From IMG/VR virus record IMGVR_UViG_3300042814_000160: 64,000 bases of DNA; one strand, 5' to 3'. Position numbers and translations under genes: made by a program. This document shows, piece by piece, positions 1 to 9,139 of this stretch (position 1 is its first letter; every line of letters begins with the position of its first letter). Below the pieces are notes generated by a model. That model was given only the letters and a program-made list of their open reading frames with translations, made no database searches and was not told the origin of the DNA. This DNA is from an uncultured virus (IMG/VR IMGVR_UViG_3300042814_000160). Taxonomy: Duplodnaviria > Heunggongvirae > Uroviricota > Caudoviricetes.

Positions 1-670
1 CCGCGCAGGTGATCCGCATCGGGTACTTCGCCGCGGGGAGCTGGGTGCCCGCCGCGTCATGGGTGACCTTCTGGACGTCCTTCTGGTAGACGCGCTTGCC
101 GCAGCCCTGCTGCTTGCCGCCCGTGGGGGTGCCCTGGGCGTCGACCGCGTCGATCGGGCCGGTGGAGCCGTCCTCCAGCAGGAAGTACGCATCGCGGCCG
201 TCGTTGCAGTTCCACGACCACTCGATGTCGCCGATGAAGGACGCCTTCTTCGCGGACGCCTCCAGGAGGGCCTTCACGTACGCCTGGTTGGTGCGCGGGG
301 TCGGCATCGGGATGCCCAGCCCCTTCATCACCAGGTAGTCCATGTCGGACGCGACCGGGGCGTCATCGCCGCGACCACGCTTGCGGGGGACGTTGCTGAT
401 CGACGTCTGGTACGGGGTGCCGTTCTCCGCCCCGGTCGGCGACTGGGTGATGACCAGCGGCGCGTTGGCGTCGAACTTCACCTTGACGCGTTCGCCGTAA
501 TCGTTGGAGGCGACCTTCTCGAAATTCTCCAGCGTGAGGGGCGAGAGGTCGAACCGATACGCGCCCGGCTGCGGCGGATCGGGGTAGCTGCCCCCCTGCT
601 CGGGGAGGTTGGCGGTGTCCACGCCATCGTTCAGCGGCTTGGACCCGAAGTCGGACAATTTGAGGCTCAT
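1..670 (-). CDS. Partial ORF running off the window edge; probable ssDNA-binding protein of the recombination module
   Basis: ATG at 670 with AGGAG upstream; open frame MSLKLSDFGSKPLNDGVDTANLPEQGGSYPDPPQPGAYRF...; lies directly downstream of the Sak4-like ATPase. Not in the ORF track because its stop is outside the window. Function inferred from synteny. Confidence 0.5.
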   Translation of the reverse strand, partial: MSLKLSDFGSKPLNDGVDTANLPEQGGSYPDPPQPGAYRFDLSPLTLENFEKVASNDYGERVKVKFDANAPLVITQSPTGAENGTPYQTSISNVPRKRGRGDDAPVASDMDYLVMKGLGIPMPTPRTNQAYVKALLEASAKKASFIGDIEWSWNCNDGRDAYFLLEDGSTGPIDAVDAQGTPTGGKQQGCGKRVYQKDVQKVTHDAAGTQLPAAKYPMRITCA

Positions 671-734
671 AGCGACACTTCTCCTGCGCGGGGCTCCCCC
701 ACGCGTTGACGTACCCAACTAGGACACACGAGAA

Positions 735-2444
735 CTACGCGCCGGGGGCGACCACCGGCTTCCGCCCGGGCGGCGGGGGCAACCGCACAGCCTGCGGCGG
801 GCGTCCCGGCGGGGGTGCGGCGACCTGTTGGGGTGCGGCACGCCCGACGGGGGGCTTCGGGGCCTGGGCGGCCGGACGGGCCACCACAGGGGCGGGTGTC
901 GGGGCCGGCGCGGCGGGTTCCGGCTCCGGGACGGCCGCAGGGGCCTCCGGGGTTGCCGGGTCGGCCGCGCCAGCGACCTCGTCCACCCCCGGCTCCGGGG
1001 CCTCGCCCTCTACCGCGGGGACCCCTACCGGATCCTCGACGGCTGCAGGCTCGACCACCGGAGCGGGACTGACGTGTGGGGGCTGGGGAGTCCCCACCGG
1101 TTTCGGCGCGGGCTTGGCGGCCGCACGCGCCACCGCCGGGCGCGCGATCGCCTTGGGGCCTGCCGCTGGCGCCGGCGTAGCCACGGGGGAAGCGACGGCT
1201 GGACGACCCACGGGTGCGGACGCGACAGACGCCTTCCCCGTCGATGACGCTAGGACGTCATCGCCAACCACCACTTCCCCCTCGACCACGTCCACCGCGT
1301 GGGGGTACCGCAGCCGGTACTCCGCCTCGGTGTTCTGCATCGCCACCTCGCGGGAGCGGTAGAAATGCCCCAGCGAGAATTCCTTGAACGCGTTCACGCC
1401 GTCGCCGGAATCCTCGTCCTCCAGGAACGCCGGGAGCTGGCCCGGGTAGCTGCGGACCCGGCACAGGTGGTATACCCCGCCCGCATCCACATACGGCTGG
1501 AGGTACAACCGACGGTACTTCTTCCCCTCGTTGGTGGTGACCACGGCGGTTTCCATCGTGTCGCCGAACCACTGCGGCGCCACCGCCGTCTTGGCCTGAC
1601 CGGCGAGGAGCGGGCCGCGAATCTGGAGCTGGGAGTCGTCGCTGCCTTCGGCGGTGAGCGCGGTCATGATCGCCGGGATCTTCAGCCCCGGGACACCCCC
1701 GGCGGCCAGCGCGAGGGCCTCGGCGCGGTTCTGCACGAACCCGACCTGGGCGCGGTTGTTCTGGCCCCAGGCCATGCCGCCGGACACGATCGTCCCGCCC
1801 AGCGCGCCCTTCTCGCCGCCGATTTCATTCTTGCCCGACCGCTCGGCGAGGTCGTCCAGCATCCACGAGCACATCGAGGAGAGGCCATCGAGGAGGAGCG
1901 CGCCGACCTTCTCGAACCCCTTGGTCCGCTCGGTCGTGACCACCGTGGTGATCGTCTGGAGCGACTGCGGCACCCGGCACGTCGGGCAGGTCGCCGGCTT
2001 GAATTGCTGCAGGTGGGTGAGGGTCGCCATCGGGTGACCGTTGCTACAGACGATCCCGATCCGGGTGGTCATCGGCGCGACCAACTCCACGCCCGGGGCG
2101 GCCTCACCAGTGGAGGGATGGATACGCTTGGGCCACCAGCCCATGCACGCGCGCTGGCAGGTCTCGAACGCCAGCCCGGTGGTCGAGCGGGTCCGCATCC
2201 GCCAGAGGCGCACGACGCCCAACCGCACCAGGGCCTGCATCTGCATGGGGAACCCGCCGCCATCCGACAGCGCGTACTGCGAGATGAGTCCGTAGGTTTC
2301 GTACACGTACTCCGCCGCCGTGGCGAGGAGGGAGGACTTGCCGCTCCCGGAGGGCCCCATGATCAGGGTCGCGGAGTTCAGCACGCCCGAGGGGTTCGCG
2401 GTCGAGAGGTCGTTGAGATTGATGCCGTTCACGTCGATGGTCAT
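735..2444 (-). CDS. Sak4/AAA_24-like P-loop ATPase (single-strand annealing) with Zn-binding insertion and long Pro/Ala-rich tail
   Basis: Walker A GPSGSGKS, Walker B LLLDGLS, CSNGH...CPTC insertion; between nuclease and SSB-like gene. Confidence 0.7.
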   Translation of the reverse strand: MTIDVNGINLNDLSTANPSGVLNSATLIMGPSGSGKSSLLATAAEYVYETYGLISQYALSDGGGFPMQMQALVRLGVVRLWRMRTRSTTGLAFETCQRACMGWWPKRIHPSTGEAAPGVELVAPMTTRIGIVCSNGHPMATLTHLQQFKPATCPTCRVPQSLQTITTVVTTERTKGFEKVGALLLDGLSSMCSWMLDDLAERSGKNEIGGEKGALGGTIVSGGMAWGQNNRAQVGFVQNRAEALALAAGGVPGLKIPAIMTALTAEGSDDSQLQIRGPLLAGQAKTAVAPQWFGDTMETAVVTTNEGKKYRRLYLQPYVDAGGVYHLCRVRSYPGQLPAFLEDEDSGDGVNAFKEFSLGHFYRSREVAMQNTEAEYRLRYPHAVDVVEGEVVVGDDVLASSTGKASVASAPVGRPAVASPVATPAPAAGPKAIARPAVARAAAKPAPKPVGTPQPPHVSPAPVVEPAAVEDPVGVPAVEGEAPEPGVDEVAGAADPATPEAPAAVPEPEPAAPAPTPAPVVARPAAQAPKPPVGRAAPQQVAAPPPGRPPQAVRLPPPPGRKPVVAPGA

Positions 2445-2659
2445 ACCCAGGTCACTCCTCGGTTCAGCTTCTGTAAATCGTCCTGTTCAAACGGAATCTT
2501 GTGTGTCGCGTCGAAGCGGGCCACCTTGGTGCGGCGCGCGGCCTGGCACCCTGCGAGGTCCAGGCAGGTGAACTCCTGACTCAGTCCGAACCACATCCGC
2601 CAGCGGCCGCACCGCCGGCACTCGTGGCCGAGGAGGAAACGGAAGAGGGCGAGGAGCAT
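2441..2659 (-). CDS. Small hypothetical protein (CxxC)
   Basis: Start and stop overlap both neighbours. Confidence 0.5.
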   Translation of the reverse strand: MLLALFRFLLGHECRRCGRWRMWFGLSQEFTCLDLAGCQAARRTKVARFDATHKIPFEQDDLQKLNRGVTWV

Positions 2660-3039
2660 CAGTCCATCTCCAGCGCCTGCGCCCAGGCCACAATCACCGT
2701 GAGCGCGAGGTCATCGGGGGTGCGGGTCGCCTGCGCGGCGTAGTACCCCAGCGCGTTCACCAGCGTCCGGCGCGCGGTGGGGGACAGGGTCAGGGCCATC
2801 TCGCGCACCCCACCCAGCCCGTCGACACTCACCGCGGCCGAGAGGTCATCGTCGGTGACGACCCCGGTCCGCACCCGCGCCGCGTCCAGCGCCCGGTCGT
2901 TCTGGGCCTGGGTCCCCGCGCCGCAACTCGGGCACCCGTCCTCGAATCTCGACACCTGCTCGGTCCCGCACTTGGGACACGTCCACTTGAACGGCCCCTG
3001 CTTGGCCCCGCGATAGATCCCGCCCGTCACTTCACCCAT
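2659..3039 (-). CDS. Zn-ribbon hypothetical protein
   Basis: CPKCG...CPSCG; start moved to MGEVTGG, overlapping the upstream stop. Confidence 0.6.
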   Translation of the reverse strand: MGEVTGGIYRGAKQGPFKWTCPKCGTEQVSRFEDGCPSCGAGTQAQNDRALDAARVRTGVVTDDDLSAAVSVDGLGGVREMALTLSPTARRTLVNALGYYAAQATRTPDDLALTVIVAWAQALEMD

Positions 3040-4498
3040 GATCGCCCTCGTCCAGGACATCCTCGCCGGCGCCGGTCTCGGGCAGGATCAACCCGCGCGC
3101 GATCGCCTGGGCCAACTCGGGCGCGTGGTGCGGCCGCCGGGGGATATACCCCAGCAACCCCTCGGGGTCCTGCCACCCACCCACGCGGTCGCAAATCGGG
3201 AGGAACTCGCACTTCTCGCCGTAGTAGCTTTTGCACTCCTCGCCGCGCGACATGGGGACGAGGCGGTCCAACTCGGCCTGGAACTCCGGAGACGCCCACG
3301 CGAACCCCTGGTTGGCCACCTCGTAGAGGGCCCACAGCACGCCCTTCCAGCGATGTTCCTCGGGCCCGAGTTGGCGGAGGTACTGCTCCAGCTTCCAATC
3401 CTCGCGGTAGATCGGCCCGATGGTCCGGGTCATCGCGGCGAGGCGCTCGACCCCCATCCACTGGGTCCAGTAGTGGAGCGGCGAGAGGGCCCCGTTCTCC
3501 TGCCAGAGGGACGCGGGGAGTTCCCAAATCCCGGTCCGCTCGTACTCCTTGGGGACCTTCTTGTTCTTCTGCAGGACGTCGTCCCACTGGAATTGCCCAC
3601 CCCACTTGACCGACCAGTCCTCGCCGTAGAGGGGCGGGTTGGCCTGCCGCCGGCCCCCATACACGAGGTTCGACTGCTGGTACTTGGGGCCGGACGCCTT
3701 CTTCTCCTCGGGGTTCCACTCGGACTTGCGCGGACCCTTGATCAGCCCGTGCACATACACCTCGTCGATGCGGATGTTCTTGCGCGACTCGGTGCCGAGG
3801 ACCCCGGCGGCGAGTTGAATCCGGTACGCCCACCCCTCTTCCCACCCCTTGTTCGCGTCGGCGGTAGTCTTGATTTCATGGTAGGAGTACCGGTTCGCTA
3901 CCGTGCGATGGCGGCCGATGATGTCGGCCCGGGTCATCCAGCCGATCCCATCGCACCCCTTGGCGTCGTGGTCCTCGGCCATGCCCTGGAGGTCGCCCAG
4001 GCCGCAGGTACACCCCACGACCGAGACTTCCTCCATCTCCAGCGACTCGACCGACCACTCGGCGAGGAACGCCGGCAGGGTCACCCGCACGAAGGCCCAG
4101 ACCAGCCCCTCCAGGAGCGAGAGCTGCTCCATCGTGCGGAGGTGCAGGTCATTGGCGTCGAGGATATTGGACAGCCCCCGGGTCTCGACCACTTGGTTGT
4201 AGGACGCGATGGACCCTTCGAGGATCGCGTGGACGGTTTTGTCGTCCGGGATGAGCTGTTCCACGTGAAACGGGGTCTTGGCCTGAACCAACGCGTCCTC
4301 GCGGAATTTCACGCCCAGGAGAATCTGGGCAATCGGGTCGTGGATCCGGGTCCCCGTCAGCGTCGGGATCGACTGCGCCTTCCGGGACCACCCATACCCG
4401 CCCGGGCCGGCGTGGTAGTTCAGATACCGCGCCCGGCGGCAATGGTTGGTGCCCGTTTCCGAGCGCGACCGATCCACGAGCCAGAGGGTGAGGGCCAT
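3032..4498 (-). CDS. Cas4-like / RecB-family PD-(D/E)xK exonuclease with probable 4Fe-4S cluster
   Basis: N-terminal C(RRARYL), RADII...HEIKT, downstream QLAAG, C-terminal C-x7-C-x5-C. Confidence 0.8.
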   Translation of the reverse strand: MALTLWLVDRSRSETGTNHCRRARYLNYHAGPGGYGWSRKAQSIPTLTGTRIHDPIAQILLGVKFREDALVQAKTPFHVEQLIPDDKTVHAILEGSIASYNQVVETRGLSNILDANDLHLRTMEQLSLLEGLVWAFVRVTLPAFLAEWSVESLEMEEVSVVGCTCGLGDLQGMAEDHDAKGCDGIGWMTRADIIGRHRTVANRYSYHEIKTTADANKGWEEGWAYRIQLAAGVLGTESRKNIRIDEVYVHGLIKGPRKSEWNPEEKKASGPKYQQSNLVYGGRRQANPPLYGEDWSVKWGGQFQWDDVLQKNKKVPKEYERTGIWELPASLWQENGALSPLHYWTQWMGVERLAAMTRTIGPIYREDWKLEQYLRQLGPEEHRWKGVLWALYEVANQGFAWASPEFQAELDRLVPMSRGEECKSYYGEKCEFLPICDRVGGWQDPEGLLGYIPRRPHHAPELAQAIARGLILPETGAGEDVLDEGDHG

Positions 4499-4504
4499 CG
4501 GGTC

Positions 4505-4801
4505 CTACTGGGCCTCGCCGGCCGCGAACTCACTGATGAAGGTCTGGAGGCGCGAGAGGAACCGCTCCACGGCCACCTGGTCCTTCAACTCCAGCGTCCA
4601 CGAGCCGTTGGGGATCGCGTAGTAGGTGGCGGACTTGCTCTCCCGAGGCAGCAACACCTGCGGGGTGAGGCGCAGCCGCGGGCCGTGCCCCTTGCTGGTC
4701 GCGTAGTCCACCGCCTGGGTGATCACATCCGCTGTTTCGTGGGGGCCGCCCAGGAGGGTCGCTCCAGGCGCCGCGTCGACCGGGTCGTTCACGTTGTCCA
4801 T
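4505..4801 (-). CDS. Hypothetical protein, first gene of the leftward recombination operon
   Basis: ATG at 4801 lies 7 nt after a -10 box. Confidence 0.6.
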   Translation of the reverse strand: MDNVNDPVDAAPGATLLGGPHETADVITQAVDYATSKGHGPRLRLTPQVLLPRESKSATYYAIPNGSWTLELKDQVAVERFLSRLQTFISEFAAGEAQ

Positions 4802-4808
4802 AGCCAGA

Positions 4809-4922
4809 ATCCTACTCGCGGCCACTGGAATTGTCAAGTGGGTAAATCACGGTGTTTGACAACTCAACCACAGCGCCGCTCATGTGAGGGTGGATTATGG
4901 GTGTCCGCTCGGTAATTGTCAA
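4809..4922 (-). promoter_or_regulatory. Two tandem leftward sigma70-type promoters
   Basis: TTGACA(4837-4832)-17-TAGGAT(4814-4809) and TTGACA(4922-4917)-17-CATAAT. Confidence 0.75.
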
Positions 4923-4977
4923 TCCACAAGATGTAGTGGCTTGTGGTCAACCCCGACGTATGCGACACTCCGGCCCC

Positions 4978-6000
4978 ATGTCCACCGTGTTGGCCGACCC
5001 CCTCCCGAATATCCTCACGGTGGGCAGTCTGAACCTGCTGGCCGGGGCGAGTGGGATCGGCAAAACGGCCCTGATTGCCGGGTTGGCGCGCGCGTTCCGG
5101 GACGGGGGGACCATTTTTGGCCACGCGGTGACGGCCCCGCCGGCCGTGGGGTATGTCACGGCTGACCGGCCCTGGAGCGGCACCCAGCACTGGTTCAGCC
5201 AAGTCGGGTTTGGCGATATCCGCCACTACTCCCTGGTGGACGACCACTCGGTCGACCTGAAACTCTGGCGCCGCAAGGACAAACGCACGGCGTTTTTCGG
5301 GATGTGCGTCGACCAGCTCGACCTCCCACGGGGGTCCCTCCTCATCGTCGACCCCATCGCGTTGTTCCTCGGGGGGAACCTCATCGACTACGACGCGGTG
5401 GCGTTCGCGTGTATCGAGTTGCATCGCTACCTCCAGGACCACGAGTACTGCTGTATTGGCGTCTGTCACGCGGCCAAGCAGAAGTCGAGTGAGAACGAGA
5501 AGTACGCCCGGCTGCAGGACCGGATTAACGGGTCGGGCGCGTTGTTGGGGTACACGGGGACGCAAATGTACCTCGCGCCGCCCGAGGAGACGGGGGAGAG
5601 CACCTATACCTTCGTGTGGAACCCCCATTGCGCGCCGGCGGAGTTGTTCTCGTTGTCCAAGGGTCCGCGCGGGCTGTTCGACTTGTCCCAGGCGGCCACG
5701 GCCAACCTCACCGGGACCACCGCGGTGACGATCACGAAGGCGCCCGACACCGGGCCGCCGGCGCTCCGCCCCGACGAATACGAGGAACTCCAGGCGGTGT
5801 ACGCGAAGTTTCTGCCCGGGGAGAGCCTCAGCGTCCACACGGTGGTGAGCGCCATCCCCCACTCGCGCGCGACGGTGTACCGCCGGCTCAAGCGGCTGGT
5901 GGAGCTGGGCTACCTCGTGAACGACGCGAAGGGGCTGTGGGTGAGGCCCCAGGACGGCCCGGAGGGGATTCGGGTCGTCGAGGGGCAGCAGGTGGGTTAG
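4978..6000 (+). CDS. RepA/AAA_25-family helicase with C-terminal winged HTH
   Basis: Walker A GASGIGKT, Walker B LLIVDP, CHAAK, GSGAL; C-terminal SRATVYRRLKRLVELGYL. Confidence 0.8.
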   Translation: MSTVLADPLPNILTVGSLNLLAGASGIGKTALIAGLARAFRDGGTIFGHAVTAPPAVGYVTADRPWSGTQHWFSQVGFGDIRHYSLVDDHSVDLKLWRRKDKRTAFFGMCVDQLDLPRGSLLIVDPIALFLGGNLIDYDAVAFACIELHRYLQDHEYCCIGVCHAAKQKSSENEKYARLQDRINGSGALLGYTGTQMYLAPPEETGESTYTFVWNPHCAPAELFSLSKGPRGLFDLSQAATANLTGTTAVTITKAPDTGPPALRPDEYEELQAVYAKFLPGESLSVHTVVSAIPHSRATVYRRLKRLVELGYLVNDAKGLWVRPQDGPEGIRVVEGQQVG

Positions 6001-6653
6001 CGGGGGAGTGTCCACCCCAGGTCGTGCAGGGCCTGGCGGAGGGTGTCCCGCTCCTGCTCCAGCCGCGCGAGGGTGGCGGACTGCTCGGCCAGCTCCTGCT
6101 CCCGTGCGGCCGTTTTCAGCCCTTCCGCCTCGCAGCATTTCACGAGATTAGCGACTGCGGCCCGGAAGTCGTCACGGTCCTGCTGTAGCGCGGCCAGCTT
6201 GGCGTCCTTCTCGGCCAGCGCCAAATGCAGCCTCACCACTTCGTTGTCGGCCAGTGTGATTCGCTGATTCAGGTCGGCGTCGTTTTGCGCCCACCATTTG
6301 CAGCGTTCGTCGTCCGCGTTGCGTTGCACGACCAGCGCCGTGATGCGGTCGATCAACAGCAGGCCATCGCGCGGGCTGCCTTCTAGGGCCTTTTCGATGG
6401 CGGCCAGTTCAGCCGTCGCCTCATTCCACACACGCTCCATTTGCTTGGCGAACGACGCGGCGTATTCCAACTGGGCGTCCTTCTCGGCGGAGAGACGGCG
6501 CTCACGGTCGAGTTCCTCAAATAGCCGTCCACCGGCTTTCACCACGGCTTCTGTCTGTTCACTGTCCAGTAGCACGCGGGCAATCGCCTGCTCCTCGCGC
6601 AGTTCCATCGGCAGCGGGGCCAGCGTCTCGTCTGGGCGGTCAGTCGGGGTCAT
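5997..6653 (-). CDS. Coiled-coil hypothetical protein
   Basis: Heptad-rich; ATG 6653 overlaps upstream stop (TGATG). Confidence 0.6.
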   Translation of the reverse strand: MTPTDRPDETLAPLPMELREEQAIARVLLDSEQTEAVVKAGGRLFEELDRERRLSAEKDAQLEYAASFAKQMERVWNEATAELAAIEKALEGSPRDGLLLIDRITALVVQRNADDERCKWWAQNDADLNQRITLADNEVVRLHLALAEKDAKLAALQQDRDDFRAAVANLVKCCEAEGLKTAAREQELAEQSATLARLEQERDTLRQALHDLGWTLPR

Positions 6654-6859
6654 CAGTTCACTCCATGTTCTTCGACGAGTTCGCGCCCGTCGAAGGCCAT
6701 ATGAAGGACGCGGCGATGGTGGGTCGGGGTCTCGGGATAGGTGCGAGGCTGGCACTCGCATTTCCGCAGCGGCTCAAACCGATGCGGGGCGGTGTCGTCA
6801 ATCGGCACCGTATGCAGCGTGTCGTCGTGCCACACGTTGTACCAGCGGTCAGGGGTCAT
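6653..6859 (-). CDS. Small His/Cys hypothetical protein, paralog of 7648-7860
   Basis: TLHTVPIDDT...CxC...H...DGRELVE.HGVN shared with 7648-7860. Confidence 0.65.
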   Translation of the reverse strand: MTPDRWYNVWHDDTLHTVPIDDTAPHRFEPLRKCECQPRTYPETPTHHRRVLHMAFDGRELVEEHGVN

Positions 6860-6981
6860 CTCAGTCTCCACAAGAACACTTCAGCGGTGTAGAGCACGAG
6901 CAACACAACGATGAGGGCGACGACCCACGGCGCGAAGGCATCGGCAATATTCAGAATCCACTTGCGGCGTTCAGGGGTCAT
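6856..6981 (-). CDS. 41-aa membrane peptide
   Basis: MTPERRKWILNIADAFAPWVVALIVVLLVLYTAEVFLWRLR; ATGA overlaps on both sides. Confidence 0.55.
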   Translation of the reverse strand: MTPERRKWILNIADAFAPWVVALIVVLLVLYTAEVFLWRLR

Positions 6982-7421
6982 GGGGCCTCCGTGGGCTTCA
7001 AGTAAGCGCGGATTTCCAGCATCGCGTCCCGCCGCGAGTGAACGCCCGAACGCGCCACCGCAAAGTCGATATGCGCGACGGCTTCGTCAACCTGCCTGAC
7101 GAGGGACGCGGCGAACTCCAGCATGGCCGACTTGCGGCGATAACGCTCTGCGGACTTAGGGTGCTCTGCCTCAATAAACGCGGCGTAGGACGCAAGCGAT
7201 TCTGCCGCTTCTTCCAACTCCTCCACCGTGAACGTCGGCGCGGGCGTCGTGGGGGTGTCCTGACTCATCGGCGCCGGCCGCGCCATGTTCTTGTGGTGCG
7301 TCATCCCCACCCCGCAGGTGGCGCACACCCCGTTCGCGTTGCAGACAAACGTCTCGCACGAAGCCGCGCGGAGGTGGAGGAGTTGTTCGGGAGTCATTCG
7401 TCCCAATCCATCGGTCGTCAC
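6978..7421 (-). CDS. Hypothetical protein
   Basis: Coupled by 4-nt overlaps in the early operon. Confidence 0.55.
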   Translation of the reverse strand: MTTDGLGRMTPEQLLHLRAASCETFVCNANGVCATCGVGMTHHKNMARPAPMSQDTPTTPAPTFTVEELEEAAESLASYAAFIEAEHPKSAERYRRKSAMLEFAASLVRQVDEAVAHIDFAVARSGVHSRRDAMLEIRAYLKPTEAP

Positions 7422-7651
7422 GACGGCTCGACCTCACTGGCCGGGTCGTTGAACACCACCGCCTTGATCGCCCACATCGCGGTTTCCTCGTTCTTGGTAA
7501 TCGCGGTGGACAGGTGCCGGCTGGGTGGGCACAGCTCCTTGAGGGTGGACTCGACCTGGCTGAACAATTCGCGCAGCCGAGTGATCTTGGCGAGGCCCTC
7601 CGCGGACGGCTTGTGGTAGGCGTAGGGCTTGTCAATGTGGGGCATGATCAA
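7418..7651 (-). CDS. Acb2/Tad1-like helical hairpin protein (putative immune-signal sponge)
   Basis: YH.P...LR...CPPSRHLSTAITKNEETAMWAIKAV resembles the SRExSLAxTKLEEAxMW pattern. Confidence 0.65.
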   Translation of the reverse strand: MIMPHIDKPYAYHKPSAEGLAKITRLRELFSQVESTLKELCPPSRHLSTAITKNEETAMWAIKAVVFNDPASEVEPS

Positions 7652-7860
7652 TTCACTCCATGGCGCTCGACGAGTTCACGCCCGTCGTGCGCGTTGTGGA
7701 CAATGTACCGGCGGGTCGTTGACGTCGCCGGATGGATCGTCGGGGCGCACCAGCACCGGGCCCGCCCGTGTAGATAATGCGTGCGCGTGTCGTCTATCGG
7801 CACGGTGTGCAGGGTGCGGCCGTGCCATTCGTTCGCCCAGCGGGGGCCAGCGGGGGTCAC
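7648..7860 (-). CDS. Small His/Cys hypothetical protein, paralog of 6653-6859
   Basis: Shared motifs; GTG start overlaps upstream stop. Confidence 0.65.
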   Translation of the reverse strand: MTPAGPRWANEWHGRTLHTVPIDDTRTHYLHGRARCWCAPTIHPATSTTRRYIVHNAHDGRELVERHGVN

Positions 7861-7985
7861 AGGGTCCACGGGTCCGTCCGATCCTCCTCGACCGGCGGCG
7901 CCACCGTCGGCGGCCGCTTCACCCGCCGCAACACGCCCCCGACCACCAGCACGGACACGAGCAGCGCGATCCACGTCCCGGTCAT
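7857..7985 (-). CDS. 42-aa membrane peptide
   Basis: MTGTWIALLVSVLVVGGVLRRVKRPP...; overlaps both neighbours. Confidence 0.5.
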   Translation of the reverse strand: MTGTWIALLVSVLVVGGVLRRVKRPPTVAPPVEEDRTDPWTL

Positions 7986-8320
7986 CGCCGCTCCAGCGCC
8001 GTCGGCGGGGCGGGCTCACACACGCCCGAGGGGGCCTGGGTGATCGCCACCCCTTCGTTCCCGTAGCGGACGACCACAAAGCACGCCCGGGTCACCGGGT
8101 CCTGCCAGCGTTGGACCGTCGGGTCGCCCCAGCCCGGGCCCCGGTCCTCGCCCACCCGCCACAGCCGCGCGGGGGCCTGGGCCTCGACCACGGGGTCGGT
8201 GCCGATCGTGGCGACCATCGCCTGCGCCAGCGCGAGAACCAGCATCACCCCGCCGGTGATCCCCACCCCGACCAACGTCCCCCAGATCCCGATCGTTACC
8301 ACCCGCCTGAACCGTGCCAT
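7982..8320 (-). CDS. Membrane-anchored hypothetical protein
   Basis: N-terminal hydrophobic helix; follows promoter at 8374-8345. Confidence 0.6.
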   Translation of the reverse strand: MARFRRVVTIGIWGTLVGVGITGGVMLVLALAQAMVATIGTDPVVEAQAPARLWRVGEDRGPGWGDPTVQRWQDPVTRACFVVVRYGNEGVAITQAPSGVCEPAPPTALERR

Positions 8321-8344
8321 CCCGTCCCCCTTGTCACAGCCGCC

Positions 8345-8374
8345 AGTCTACGCGGCCCGGTCACTGAATTGCAA
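8345..8374 (-). promoter_or_regulatory. Leftward promoter
   Basis: TTGCAA-18-TAGACT. Confidence 0.6.
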
Positions 8375-8472
8375 CATCTCACACGCACCGCAACAACCTA
8401 CTCCCCAGGAGTACCACCTCTGGACCTCTCCACTTTCGCCCCCTCCCCAGGAAACACCCGGCTCAGGGTGTG

Positions 8473-8627
8473 GTGAGACGGGGCTTTCGCCCAGGGTTAT
8501 ATCTTATTTATAGGTACCCGTACCTTCGCCTCGTGAGACGACGTGAGACGACCGATTGTCTCAATGGGGAATGCCCTAAAAGTGGTGAGATAGGCGATTC
8601 CATACGCTGTCTCAAGGGCTCGTCTCA
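8473..8627. repeat. Iteron-like TGAGAC cluster with AT-rich core; candidate replication origin
   Basis: GTGAGAC at 8473, 8533, 8543; GTGAGAT at 8585; GTCTCA at 8558, 8609, 8622; TTATATCTTATTTATA at 8497-8512. Confidence 0.6.
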
Positions 8628-8719
8628 GTCTGTAACCTCCTGAGCCATAAGGGGTTAGGGGAATCTCGACGTTTTTTCGGACCCCCCGATAGGGTTTTCC
8701 CGTCACCCCCCTCAAATCG

Positions 8720-9139
8720 CTACCCCTTCGCCGGGTGTCGGGTGGCATACTCCCCCAGAATCTGGAGAAACGCCTCCCGGGCCTGGGCCTCCCGATCGCG
8801 GTTGCTGTCGTCCTTCTCGCGGTCGCCGGCATTGCACAGGTCCATCGTCAGGTCGGCATCGAGGCCCAGCGCGTCCCCGCTCCGCAGGCCGTCCAGCAGG
8901 GACGGCAGGGTCCCAAAGCGGTGGAGGTACACCAGCCCCACCGGGTCCGTGAACGGGGGCACCAGCCAGCTCCCCGGGTTGGCCACGTGCAGGCGGATGA
9001 TCTTCGTGAAGGGGTAGAGGTCCTTCTGGTGCTGGGGGACCTCGGGCGCCAACTCCCACAGGGCCGCCTTGAACGCCGCCAGGAACCCGTCCAACGTGCG
9101 AACCCCCAGGGGGCCGCCTCTCTGCATTGTTTTAGCCAC
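8720..9139 (-). CDS. Hypothetical protein
   Basis: Globular-looking ORF; start uncertain (9163, 9139 or 9127). Confidence 0.55.
   Translation of the reverse strand: MAKTMQRGGPLGVRTLDGFLAAFKAALWELAPEVPQHQKDLYPFTKIIRLHVANPGSWLVPPFTDPVGLVYLHRFGTLPSLLDGLRSGDALGLDADLTMDLCNAGDREKDDSNRDREAQAREAFLQILGEYATRHPAKG

Noticed and set aside
3032..4498. CRISPR-Cas system suggested by the Cas4-like gene
   Set aside because: No repeat-spacer array or other cas genes; context is a phage recombination module
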